Of a DNA stretch of 61,039 nt, positions 18,508 through 28,382 are shown piece after piece (the first letter of the stretch is position 1; each line of letters begins with the position of its first letter). The notes beneath the pieces are model-generated. The model worked only from the letters and a program-made list of their open reading frames with translations, did not search any database and was not told the DNA's origin. The translations under genes and the position numbers were made by a program. The stretch spans positions 1-61,039 of the forward strand of contig DEWP01000008.1 of NCBI GenBank assembly GCA_002363735.1, given 5' to 3'. This DNA comes from Bacillales bacterium UBA3207 (GTDB taxonomy: Bacteria; Bacillota_I; Bacilli_A; RFN20; CAG-826).

Positions 18508-20733
18508 ATGAATAAAACATATACGAAATTCCTAAAGTTTAAAAATGTTTATGGAATCAAAGAATTAAAAAATCTTGATCGAATCTCAAAAGATACAATA
18601 ATTTATGCTCCTAATGGAGTGATGAAAACCTCTTTTGCGGACGGTTTATATAACATTTCAAATAACCAACCAATTATTGATGCATTTGGAAAAGAATTAG
18701 CTGATTTTGAAATAGAACAAAATTCAAAAATATACTCACCTACTGATAATGATGGAGAATTTCAATGTATAGTTTATTCTGGAAAGTATTTAAAGAGCGA
18801 TATATTTAATGATCCTGCAATTGCGAGTATGGCGATGAGTGCATCTTTAAAAGAGTCGTATTTGAAAGAGCGAAACGAACTTGAGTCTATTAGAGATGAA
18901 CTTGACAGAATATGTTCAATTAATGTTAAAAATGGGAAAAAGAAATCGAATGATTCGTGGTTATCTATAAGATCGATTTTTGGCGGAGAAAACATAGAAG
19001 AATTTATAGATAATTTATTGTCAATTGATGCTGAGCAAAGCAAAGATTTTGGAGTATTGTCATTTAATGCTTTATGCAACGATAAAGTTACATCTCTATA
19101 CAGCAATCCGAACTTTTTAAATAAGCTTTCATTGTACAGAGATGTCGTTGAAAAGAAAGTAAATGAAGAAATTTTTAATTCTGGGTTTACATTTGCTGGA
19201 TTAATTGAAGTTAGAGATACTGTTAAAAAAACAAATTATTTTGATGCTTCTCATAAAATGGTTATTGGAAACCAAATGATTGAAACATTAAACCAACTCG
19301 ACCAATTTATTGAAAAACAGAAAGATCTTATTTTTTCTTCGGACGAAGTGATAGAAGCCTATTCTGAAGTGACAGAGATGCTTAATTCGAACGCCAATAC
19401 AAGAAATTTTGCTAAACTATTAATTCCTCATTATGATCTTTTAGTACATGACAACGATATAATTAGTAAACAAAAATTTCTTGTAAGATCAAAACTAATT
19501 GGGCTAGAAGACGAATTAATTAATTTAAAGCAACGAAAAATAAAATTGAATTCAAATTTAACATCAATATTAGCTAGAGCTAGCGAAGAACAATCAACAT
19601 GGAAAAAGGTTAAAGATATTTTTAATTTCAGATTTTCTTTAAATCGCGTTGATCTTAAGCTGGCTTATGTCTTTGAAGATGGATATCCTGTTCCAAAAAT
19701 TATTCAAATAGATAAAAGCACCGGTAAGGATCTTGGTGAAGCACAAATTAATAGGCTTTCTGACGGCAAAAAGAGGGCTCTTTATATATTGAATCTATTG
19801 TTTGAAATTGAATCAAAGAAATTAGAATGGCATGATGGTATTTTACTTATTCTTGATGATGTCGCCGATTCATTTGATTATCAGAACAAATATGCTATTA
19901 GCAAATATATTCAGGAGTTATATGAGGATCCTTCCTTTCATGTTATTACGCTAACGCATAATTTTGATTTCTATCGTTGTTGTTCATATTTTCTTTCAAA
20001 ACTTAAAATATCAGGATGTTTTGCTCAAAAACACAGGAATAGTATCAAATTAATAAACGGAATTTCTAAAGAGTATTTAAGTCTATCTTTCTCTAGTAAT
20101 TGGAGAGGGCGTTTAGGCGGTTCAAATAATTCACATTTTGAAAATATCACAACGTTCTTTTCGATGTTGCCAATTATTAGAAATGAGTGCGAAATTGAAG
20201 AGTCTATCAACGGTGAAAACTATAAATTATTATGCGAGTTATTGCATAGGAGAAGAGATATACATTGTTTGACCTTAACAAAATTTAAGGATATTTTTGA
20301 TCAAAAAATCAGCAAAAATTTAGATCCAGTGTATTATTCGGTTTCGTATGACGAATTAATTAAAATATGCTATGAAAAACTGACAAATTCTTCGATAGAT
20401 GATCTAAAACTTAGCAGCAAAATGGCATGTGCTGTTTTGTTAAGAATTTTCTATGAAGAATTTATAATTTCGAAAACAAAAAATGATAAAATTTTGTTAG
20501 ATGAAAAAGCGAATGAAAAAGTAGATCGTCTTTATAGCGAATTAGAAAAAAGCGGAAGACTATCGCCAGAACAAATAGCTCATTGCGAATTCGCATCTAT
20601 AATTTGCAATCCTTATGTTCATGTTAATTCTTTTATGTATGAACAATTAATTGATAATTCAGCTGATAAACTTGTTGATTTCATGAAGTATTTTGCTGAT
20701 GAATCCCATTTTTTTGATTCTAAAAATAAATAG
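18508..20733 (+). CDS. RloC/AAA_13-like ABC-type ATPase with coiled coil and putative C-terminal HEPN-like domain
   Basis: Walker A YAPNGVMKTS, signature LSDGKKRAL, Walker B ILDDVADSFD, H-loop LTHNFDF; C-terminal RIFYE...NPYVHVNSF. RBS AGGAG. Confidence 0.7.
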   Translation: MNKTYTKFLKFKNVYGIKELKNLDRISKDTIIYAPNGVMKTSFADGLYNISNNQPIIDAFGKELADFEIEQNSKIYSPTDNDGEFQCIVYSGKYLKSDIFNDPAIASMAMSASLKESYLKERNELESIRDELDRICSINVKNGKKKSNDSWLSIRSIFGGENIEEFIDNLLSIDAEQSKDFGVLSFNALCNDKVTSLYSNPNFLNKLSLYRDVVEKKVNEEIFNSGFTFAGLIEVRDTVKKTNYFDASHKMVIGNQMIETLNQLDQFIEKQKDLIFSSDEVIEAYSEVTEMLNSNANTRNFAKLLIPHYDLLVHDNDIISKQKFLVRSKLIGLEDELINLKQRKIKLNSNLTSILARASEEQSTWKKVKDIFNFRFSLNRVDLKLAYVFEDGYPVPKIIQIDKSTGKDLGEAQINRLSDGKKRALYILNLLFEIESKKLEWHDGILLILDDVADSFDYQNKYAISKYIQELYEDPSFHVITLTHNFDFYRCCSYFLSKLKISGCFAQKHRNSIKLINGISKEYLSLSFSSNWRGRLGGSNNSHFENITTFFSMLPIIRNECEIEESINGENYKLLCELLHRRRDIHCLTLTKFKDIFDQKISKNLDPVYYSVSYDELIKICYEKLTNSSIDDLKLSSKMACAVLLRIFYEEFIISKTKNDKILLDEKANEKVDRLYSELEKSGRLSPEQIAHCEFASIICNPYVHVNSFMYEQLIDNSADKLVDFMKYFADESHFFDSKNK

Positions 20734-21017
20734 CTTTATATTGAAATAGCGTGTTTTTAAACCCATACTTATGGACAGAGCGATATTAACAAATACATGC
20801 ATTATTTAAAGTAGGTACAAAAATGGTGAAAAACACGATATACAAATGTGATTATTGTAATTCTTTATTAAGATTTAGATAACAAGTTGGATATTTTAAT
20901 ATACCTATAAATATTTATTGTCCAGAGTGTAACTTTCACATATCTGGGACGGTTATTTGATCGGAATAATTAAATGTCATTCTTTATAATATTTTGTTAT
21001 TAAATTAGAATAATTAA

Positions 21018-22016
21018 ATGGAACGTTTATATACTCAGAAAGAAAAAGGAAATGTTTTTGAAAAATTTAAGATTGATTTTGATGAGGTTTGCAAACGCTT
21101 TTTACCTTATGAAGAACTTCTTGATTTTTTAAATGGCGCTGAGACAAATTATAAATATCAAAATGAGGATATTCTTTCTCACATAAAAGAAAAGATTAAA
21201 AATGAAAATTCTGCTTATATTAAAGCGACATTTTTGGGCAAATCATATTTTTATAATTCGCTCATATATTATTCTGGACTTATGGATAGCGAATATAGAA
21301 AAGCTCGAGATGGAGTCTCATGCGACATTGATCCATTTAAACGGGCTTTAGTTCTTTTCTTAAGTACAATTAATAATGCAATATGCGAACTTGTTGAAAA
21401 ACAATATTTGGATCATATTAAACCAAAGAAGTACATGCTTGTTTTTGAAGCATGCCCTGCCAGTTCTAAACAACTAAAAACAAGAGAAGAAGCTTTAATG
21501 ATAAAAAATATTTGTTTGAATCATTCATTGGATGAAATATTCCCGATAATCAGGTTCGGTACGAATGTAAAAATGTTCAAGAGAGAGTGTAACAATTATG
21601 AAGCAAGTTTTATACATTTTGCAGGACACGGTGAAGGAAATGGTGACTTGGCTTTAGTTGGGTATGGAGGACAAACCAAATTTCTTGGATATTCAACTTT
21701 TTTAAAATATTTTAGTAGTGAATATGTATCTTTTCATCCGAAAGCAAAAATTTCTCTAATATATTTAAATTCTTGCTATTCAAATAAATATGTTGAACAC
21801 ATGAAAAAAGATTTATTGTTTCCAAAATTATTTCTTAACACGATAAGCAACAAAAATACGATTTTTGACGATGATGCAATTTCATTTTCAAATTTATTTT
21901 ATAGTAAATTAATCAATAAGATTAAAAGACCAATTACGGATATTTTTGATGATGTTAAAAATCATTTTTTGCATACATTAACAGTCGATTTTGCTAAAGA
22001 TGTTATTTTAGATTAA
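21018..22016 (+). CDS. CHAT-domain (caspase-like) cysteine protease with uncharacterised N-terminal domain
   Basis: Catalytic dyad motifs FIHFAGHG and IYLNSCYS; late DDDAISFSNLFYSKL motif typical of CHAT. Confidence 0.78.
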   Translation: MERLYTQKEKGNVFEKFKIDFDEVCKRFLPYEELLDFLNGAETNYKYQNEDILSHIKEKIKNENSAYIKATFLGKSYFYNSLIYYSGLMDSEYRKARDGVSCDIDPFKRALVLFLSTINNAICELVEKQYLDHIKPKKYMLVFEACPASSKQLKTREEALMIKNICLNHSLDEIFPIIRFGTNVKMFKRECNNYEASFIHFAGHGEGNGDLALVGYGGQTKFLGYSTFLKYFSSEYVSFHPKAKISLIYLNSCYSNKYVEHMKKDLLFPKLFLNTISNKNTIFDDDAISFSNLFYSKLINKIKRPITDIFDDVKNHFLHTLTVDFAKDVILD

Positions 22017-22209
22017 TTTTAAATTATTAAAAGTCTGAAAATTTTCAAAAATATTTCTATGCTATTTTCGTAAGGATATTTATTAATAATCTTCTTTAAA
22101 ATAATGAAAACGTTCAAATTAAGATCAATTTAAAAAACCAAAAGAATTAGCAAAAATCTTTAAATCCTTTATGTTGTGTTTATTTTTTATTTAATAAATA
22201 ATTATTACA

Positions 22210-23328
22210 ATGAATAATGAAAGAAGAGCTCGTCAACAAAGTTTACCTCGTCACACTCTTTTAGCACCTCTAGGTAAAAGAATCATTGCTTTTATTATTG
22301 ATGTAGCGATGCTATTAGCGCTAACAATAGTGCTTTATTTTAGTGCGTCACAATTCATTTTTGCGAACTCAATTAATCGTAATTATGACAAACTCTTCAA
22401 AGAAGATTTTAATTCGCATCTTTTTTATTACGATGCTTCGACTCAAACTAGAAAACAATATAAAGAAGAAGGAAATTACAAATTATATTTAGATACTCTT
22501 TCTTATTATTATTTACATTATTTAACTGGAGAAAACGTTGAAGTTCCTGAAGATTCTCGATATGACGAAGAATTCTATAAAGCACCAAATTATCAACGTT
22601 ATGTTAAAGGAACTGAAACACTTCCAAAAGATTATTATACTGTTGCCTGGTTTAATGAAAATATCCTAGAAATTAAGGTTGATGAACCAACTGAATCAAC
22701 TGTTTCTTATTTTGAATATGACCGCACTGATGGAGTGATTGATAAAACAAAAATCGGTGTAAGAAGAACGAAACATTGGTCCACTAAAGTTAACGCTGAA
22801 GTTGAGGTTAGTGAAGGCGAAACTGCAGCGGTACTTTTTGAAAAATATAAGGCAGCATATTTTGGTAATTTAATGAACCAAGATTATTACGCTCCTTACT
22901 ATAATGAAATTACACTTTTAACCGCGATTTCCTGGTTAATTCCGGCACTTTTTGCTTCAATTGTGATTTATTTAATCATTCCATTATTTATGAAAAACTA
23001 TGCTACTTTAGGCAAGAAATTCCAGAAGCTTGGATTATGTGCTCTTGATGGTTATAAGATGCAAAAATGGCAACTCATTTTCCGAATTATTCCGCTTCTT
23101 TTGACACTTGTTTTAATCTTCCTTTTACCTGTTCCAAGTTACTACATTTGTTTTGCAATTGGTGCAGTAATATTGATGATCTCAATTGGTCTAGCAGCCG
23201 CTAGTCCAAAACATGCTGCATTACATGATTATTGTGGTCGAACAATGGTGATTGATGCTAATGGAAGTATCATCTTTAATGATGAAATCGATGAACAAGA
23301 ATTTATTGATGCTGAGGATCAACAGTAA
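22210..23328 (+). CDS. RDD family membrane protein with large extracytoplasmic insert
   Basis: APLGKRIIAFIID...TLGKK...LHDYCGRTMVID. Confidence 0.82.
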   Translation: MNNERRARQQSLPRHTLLAPLGKRIIAFIIDVAMLLALTIVLYFSASQFIFANSINRNYDKLFKEDFNSHLFYYDASTQTRKQYKEEGNYKLYLDTLSYYYLHYLTGENVEVPEDSRYDEEFYKAPNYQRYVKGTETLPKDYYTVAWFNENILEIKVDEPTESTVSYFEYDRTDGVIDKTKIGVRRTKHWSTKVNAEVEVSEGETAAVLFEKYKAAYFGNLMNQDYYAPYYNEITLLTAISWLIPALFASIVIYLIIPLFMKNYATLGKKFQKLGLCALDGYKMQKWQLIFRIIPLLLTLVLIFLLPVPSYYICFAIGAVILMISIGLAAASPKHAALHDYCGRTMVIDANGSIIFNDEIDEQEFIDAEDQQ

Positions 23329-23331
23329 AGA

Positions 23332-24588
23332 ATGAAGAAGATTGAAACAGCTCCTTTATTTCGACGTATTATGGCCGCCTTTATGGATGTCATTTTAGCA
23401 TTTTTTGTCTACTTTATTTTAGTCACTTATGTTTCTACTCCAATCGCGCGAAAAACGTCAAATTATGATGGTTATGTAACTGATATTTATCAATATGATG
23501 TTGCCTCTCATCTTTTTGTCTGGGAGCAACAAGACGATACTTCTCGTTATAACCCAATTGAAGTAAAAGATTTTACAGAAAAATTAAATGATGAATATCT
23601 CCAAAAAGTAGAAGAAGTTCGTAATGTTGATACTTATTCATTGAATGATAAGATTGCTCATCTTCAGTATTATTATACTGTTTATCTAACTGGTGATGTT
23701 TCTCGAGTTGAATTACCAACAAACACTGAAACAAAAACTTATGATGCGATTCAAGATAAATTTGTTTCACCAAATTACGATAAAAAAATTGATGGTAAAT
23801 TACCTAGTGAAATCTATACAAAAATTTACTTTAATACAAAAATCATGGGCTTAACACCAGAAGGAGAAGAAAATCAATCTCCATATTTTGCCTATCCTGT
23901 GGTGGAATCAGTCACTGATTACGAAGGATTGCCCGTTTTAAAAGAAGGTGCTAATGAAGCTGACGCAATGAAGAAAGTAAATGAACTTCTTTATAATGCA
24001 ACGAAAGAATTTTATTACAGTGATTACATCTCTTCTTTACAAGCGAATGTTCGTCACATTCAACTTTGGACTTACATCCCGACATACGTTTTTGTAGTTG
24101 GAATCTTCTATGTTTTAATTCCAATGCTTCTTAAAAACGGTATGACTTTAGCCAAAGCCACACTTGGATTATGTGTTATTGGTTCAAATGGATATAAAGC
24201 CAAGAAACGTCAAATTTTATTCCGTCAATTAGTCCTAGTTGTTGAAGCAACATTCTCTTTATTTATTGTTGGAGTTGGTCTAACTTCAATTGCTACTTTA
24301 GGTATCGGCGGAGTCATTATCTTAATTGTTATTCTATCAAACAAAGAACATAAAGCTCCACATGATTTTGCCGCTTTATCTTTAGTCATCGACACTAAAA
24401 ATTCTGTCTTCTTTGATAATGCTAGTGAAGAAGATCGACAGCAAAAACGAATGCAAGAAAACCTCGATCGACTTCATTCATATGAACCAGAAAATCCGAA
24501 TATTATCCAAGTTGGATCAATGATTGTTGATGAGAATTTAAAAGAAGAAATTGAGAAAAAACAACAACAAGATAAAAAACAAAAATAG
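23332..24588 (+). CDS. RDD family membrane protein (paralogue of the upstream gene)
   Basis: APLFRRIMAAFMD...GMTLAK...PHDFAALSLVID. Confidence 0.82.
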   Translation: MKKIETAPLFRRIMAAFMDVILAFFVYFILVTYVSTPIARKTSNYDGYVTDIYQYDVASHLFVWEQQDDTSRYNPIEVKDFTEKLNDEYLQKVEEVRNVDTYSLNDKIAHLQYYYTVYLTGDVSRVELPTNTETKTYDAIQDKFVSPNYDKKIDGKLPSEIYTKIYFNTKIMGLTPEGEENQSPYFAYPVVESVTDYEGLPVLKEGANEADAMKKVNELLYNATKEFYYSDYISSLQANVRHIQLWTYIPTYVFVVGIFYVLIPMLLKNGMTLAKATLGLCVIGSNGYKAKKRQILFRQLVLVVEATFSLFIVGVGLTSIATLGIGGVIILIVILSNKEHKAPHDFAALSLVIDTKNSVFFDNASEEDRQQKRMQENLDRLHSYEPENPNIIQVGSMIVDENLKEEIEKKQQQDKKQK

Positions 24589-24612
24589 CCAGCAATTGCT
24601 GGTTGTTTTTTT
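24581..24612 (+). terminator. Intrinsic terminator formed by a palindromic copy of the dispersed motif
   Basis: aaaaTAGCCAGC-AATT-GCTGGTTG followed by a T run. Confidence 0.7.
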
Positions 24613-24737
24613 GCAAATCCCCAATATTTTTTACTTTAAAAATATCTTCAAAATTATTATCTTTTTTACTCTCTTGAATAACTATGTTATTATTTACGTG
24701 TAGTTACAGCTACGATTAATACCATAGGAGGTAGTAT

Positions 24738-26189
24738 ATGGAAGTTAGAATTGAAAATCTAACGAAAACCTTCATCGGTCGGAAAGGTGTTGAGACAACT
24801 GCTGTAAATCATATGAACTTTACGATACCTGACGGAAAACTCGTCGGGCTTTTAGGTCCATCTGGTTGTGGTAAATCAACAACGCTTTATATGATCGCTG
24901 GTTTACACAAACCAACAGATGGTCATATTTGGTTCGGTGATGAGGATGTCACAAACTTACCTCCAGAAAACCGTGGTATTGGCTTAGTCTTCCAAAACTA
25001 TGCTCTTTATCCACATCTTTCTGTGAGACAAAACATCCAATTCCCACTCGACAATGTGCGTTTTGCTGGCGCATTTGGTGAGGAAGAAAATGCCGTGATT
25101 GACGCAAAACACGACATTAAAACAACCAAACACGATATCGATGAAAGCAATAAGGCGATTAAACAAGCCGAAGCCGCAATTGCAAAAGCAAAAGCAAGAA
25201 AAGAAAAAGCTGAAAAAGCTGAAGACGCTGTTGGCGTTGAAGAATGTGAAGATGCAATTAAGCACTCTGAAGCAGTCAAGAAAGCTGCTGAAGAACGCAT
25301 TCCAACTCTTGAAAAACATTTAGTTGAAGCTGAAGCAAAGCTTGCTAAATGTAATGAAGATCTTGCTAAAGCTAAGGTAGCATTTGCTGAACTAAAGCAA
25401 AGAGATCCAGAAGCTGCGAAAGAAAAAGGTAAAACTAAACTTTCTAAAGCTGATAAGGATGCCATTGCTCTAGAAATGGCGAAAATCGTTGATATTGATC
25501 AATATCTCGATCGTAAACCAAAAGAACTCTCTGGTGGACAACAACAACGTGTTGCTATTGCTCGTGCTTTAGCAAAGACTCCAAGAGTTCTCTTACTTGA
25601 TGAGCCACTTTCAAACCTTGATGCTCGTTTAAGACTTCAAACTCGTGAAGAAATTAAACGTATTCAACGTGAAACTGGTATTACAACTGTGTTCGTAACA
25701 CACGACCAAGAAGAAGCAATGTCAATTTCAGACGTCATTGTTGTCATGAAACTTGGTGTTGTGCAACAAATTGACGAACCACAAAGAGTTTACGAAGAAC
25801 CAGCAAACTTATTCGTTGCAAAATTCCTTGGTTCTCCAGCAATCAATGTTTTTGATGGAGAAATTAAAGGTGGCAAACTCTTACTTAATGGTAAAGCCAT
25901 TGATACAGACAAAGCCTATGGCAAATTAGACCGCAAGGTCAAAATTGCTGTTCGTCCAGAATCATTCTCCTTTAGTGGAAAAGGTGGTTCTATTCCAGTT
26001 GATGTCAAACAAGTCGAACAAATTGGACGTGATATTAACGTCGTTGGACATGTTGAGGATCAACCAGAAAACCACATGAAGATTATTATCCCAAGTGAAC
26101 TCAGGGATAAGATTCTTGGTAAGGACAAACTTAAATTTGATCCAAAACGTATTTACGTTTTCGAAGAAGACGGAACCAGAATCAAATAA
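24738..26189 (+). CDS. CUT1 (MalK/MsmX-like) ABC importer ATPase with coiled-coil insertion
   Basis: GPSGCGKST, VFQNYALYPH, LSGGQQQRV, LLLDEP, VTHDQEEA; TOBE-like tail (VRPE). Confidence 0.92.
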   Translation: MEVRIENLTKTFIGRKGVETTAVNHMNFTIPDGKLVGLLGPSGCGKSTTLYMIAGLHKPTDGHIWFGDEDVTNLPPENRGIGLVFQNYALYPHLSVRQNIQFPLDNVRFAGAFGEEENAVIDAKHDIKTTKHDIDESNKAIKQAEAAIAKAKARKEKAEKAEDAVGVEECEDAIKHSEAVKKAAEERIPTLEKHLVEAEAKLAKCNEDLAKAKVAFAELKQRDPEAAKEKGKTKLSKADKDAIALEMAKIVDIDQYLDRKPKELSGGQQQRVAIARALAKTPRVLLLDEPLSNLDARLRLQTREEIKRIQRETGITTVFVTHDQEEAMSISDVIVVMKLGVVQQIDEPQRVYEEPANLFVAKFLGSPAINVFDGEIKGGKLLLNGKAIDTDKAYGKLDRKVKIAVRPESFSFSGKGGSIPVDVKQVEQIGRDINVVGHVEDQPENHMKIIIPSELRDKILGKDKLKFDPKRIYVFEEDGTRIK

Positions 26190-26230
26190 TTTATGTTTAT
26201 TTCACTAAATCGAAAGAAAGGAGAAAATTG

Positions 26231-27394
26231 ATGACAGCACAAGCAATGAAAAAACCTCAAGTGACTTATGATGACATTAAAGGCAAAACCATCATTGGTA
26301 AACGCCGTCGTGTCTCTCTACCACAATGGGCTGTTGCTTGGATTGTGCTTATTCCAGCATTATTCTTTATTTTGCTGTTTATGTTCTATCCAATTATCAA
26401 CGCATTTTTCATGGCCTTTATTAACGACTTCGAGTTCGTTGAAGGCGCTGGATCATTCGCACTTGGTAGTTTCTTTAAAGCATTAAGCACACCATGTATT
26501 AACTGGTCTGTATTTGATGACACTGTCTGTAACACATGGAGAGCTATGCCATCGTTTGGTTTTAACAACTTTGCTTATTTGTTCCAACCTGGTTCAGTTT
26601 TCCCAACAACCATCTTGAACACATTAATTCTTGTTGTTGTGGAAGTTCCATTAACTATTCTCGTAGCTTTAGTTATCGCTTCCTTCTTAAACAACATCAA
26701 AGCATTACGTGGTTTATACCAAACAATCTTCTTCCTCCCATACGTGACAAACGCTATTGCTCTTGGCTTAGTGTTTAACATGTTATTCAGCCATACTCCT
26801 GGCGGAATTATTAACATCATCATCACCAAATTGGGCGGAAAACCAGTTAACTTCTTATATCCGTTCGCTGACTATAAATACATTGTTGATGGAAAAGAAA
26901 TTGTGCAATATGCACCAGCAAGTAAATTCCATCAAGCCATTGTTATTGTTACTTCAGCTGTTTGGAACGGTATTGCCTTTAAGATTCTTGTCTTTATGGC
27001 AGGCTTGGCCACAATTGATAAGCAGTACTCTGATGCTGCAAAGATTGATGGATCAAGCGGATTTACAATTTGGAGAAGAATTACGTTACCACTTCTGTCT
27101 CCACAAATTCTTTACATTACGATTACATCGTTCATCGGTGCATTCAAAATGTATACTGGCGTTATGTCAGTCTACACCAACTCGAAACTCGCCTCTGGTG
27201 GTTTCTACTTTGGTGGTCCAGATGGAACAGACTGGATGCCAGTTGTTGGTTGGATTTATAAGCAAATGGACCCAACTTCAGGTAACTTATCTAAACCAGG
27301 TATTGCTGCGGCAGGTTCGCTTGTCCTTTTAGCAATCATCATGGTAATTACGGTCGTGCAATTTGCTGTAAGCAAAAAGCGCGTCCACTATTAA
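26231..27394 (+). CDS. CUT1 ABC permease (MalF/UgpA-like)
   Basis: YPI, GFNNF, FFLPYVT, EAA-loop variant YSDAAKIDG, ITLPLL. Confidence 0.9.
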   Translation: MTAQAMKKPQVTYDDIKGKTIIGKRRRVSLPQWAVAWIVLIPALFFILLFMFYPIINAFFMAFINDFEFVEGAGSFALGSFFKALSTPCINWSVFDDTVCNTWRAMPSFGFNNFAYLFQPGSVFPTTILNTLILVVVEVPLTILVALVIASFLNNIKALRGLYQTIFFLPYVTNAIALGLVFNMLFSHTPGGIINIIITKLGGKPVNFLYPFADYKYIVDGKEIVQYAPASKFHQAIVIVTSAVWNGIAFKILVFMAGLATIDKQYSDAAKIDGSSGFTIWRRITLPLLSPQILYITITSFIGAFKMYTGVMSVYTNSKLASGGFYFGGPDGTDWMPVVGWIYKQMDPTSGNLSKPGIAAAGSLVLLAIIMVITVVQFAVSKKRVHY

Positions 27395-27410
27395 GGAAGG
27401 AGGTTAAGTA

Positions 27411-28361
27411 ATGGCTGATTTATATTTTGCTGATGAAGGCGCATTAAGACGATACAAAGCAAAACGTATTGCCTCGCGTACAATTCTTTATATCTTCATT
27501 ACACTTTTCGCATTATTTATGCTTCTTCCATTTGTGTTCATGCTTGTCGGTTCCCTGACCGATGCCGAAAGCTTTGAAATGTTCAAAACAACTGCAGATT
27601 TCAAATATATCGGATTTGATAAATGGAATTTCACGAACTTTGAACAAATCTTCTCAACACAAATCTTTAACAAAATTACTGGAAAACCAATTCCGCGACC
27701 AAGCTTTGCTCAATATTATTTGAATACATTGATCTCAGCTGTTGGTTCCACAACTGTGACTGTTGTCACAGCCGTGTTGGCCGCATTCGCCTTTGCTCGT
27801 CTTGAGTTCAAAGGTAAAAACTTATTATTCACCTTCCTACTTGCCACAATGATGATCCCAGGTGAATTAATGGTTCTTACAAACTATAAGACCACTAAAA
27901 CACTTGACTGGGAATACACATTCTCGGCATTAATCTTCGTTCACGGTGTCTCTGTCTTCTATATCTTCTATTTAAGACAAACATTCCAACAAATTCCGAA
28001 CGAACTTTATTTAGCAGCGAAGGTTGATGGTGTTGGTGATGTTGGTTATCTTGTGAAGGTCATGATTCCGATTGCAATGCCAACAATTGTCACCATCATT
28101 ATCTTGTCGCTCATGGGTGCTTGGAACTCCTACGTTTGGCCACTTCTTGTTGCTAACGGTGGATGGAAATATAACAAGAGCTACTCCATGCAACTTGTCT
28201 CTAACGGCTTGATGTCCTTATTTACATCAGAAATTGCTGACGGACAAGACGCGATTAAGATTGCGGGTTCAATGGTTGTTACCTTCCCATTGTTCGTCTT
28301 CTTCTTAATCTTCCGTAAATACATTATGAGAGGCGTTTCTCGTAGTGGTATTAAAGGATAA
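27411..28361 (+). CDS. CUT1 ABC permease (MalG/UgpE-like)
   Basis: AAFAFARLEFKGK, TMMIPGE, IPNELYLAAKVDG, WNSYVWP, GIKG C-terminus. Confidence 0.92.
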   Translation: MADLYFADEGALRRYKAKRIASRTILYIFITLFALFMLLPFVFMLVGSLTDAESFEMFKTTADFKYIGFDKWNFTNFEQIFSTQIFNKITGKPIPRPSFAQYYLNTLISAVGSTTVTVVTAVLAAFAFARLEFKGKNLLFTFLLATMMIPGELMVLTNYKTTKTLDWEYTFSALIFVHGVSVFYIFYLRQTFQQIPNELYLAAKVDGVGDVGYLVKVMIPIAMPTIVTIIILSLMGAWNSYVWPLLVANGGWKYNKSYSMQLVSNGLMSLFTSEIADGQDAIKIAGSMVVTFPLFVFFLIFRKYIMRGVSRSGIKG

Positions 28362-28382
28362 AAGGTATAAGAAAGGATACTT

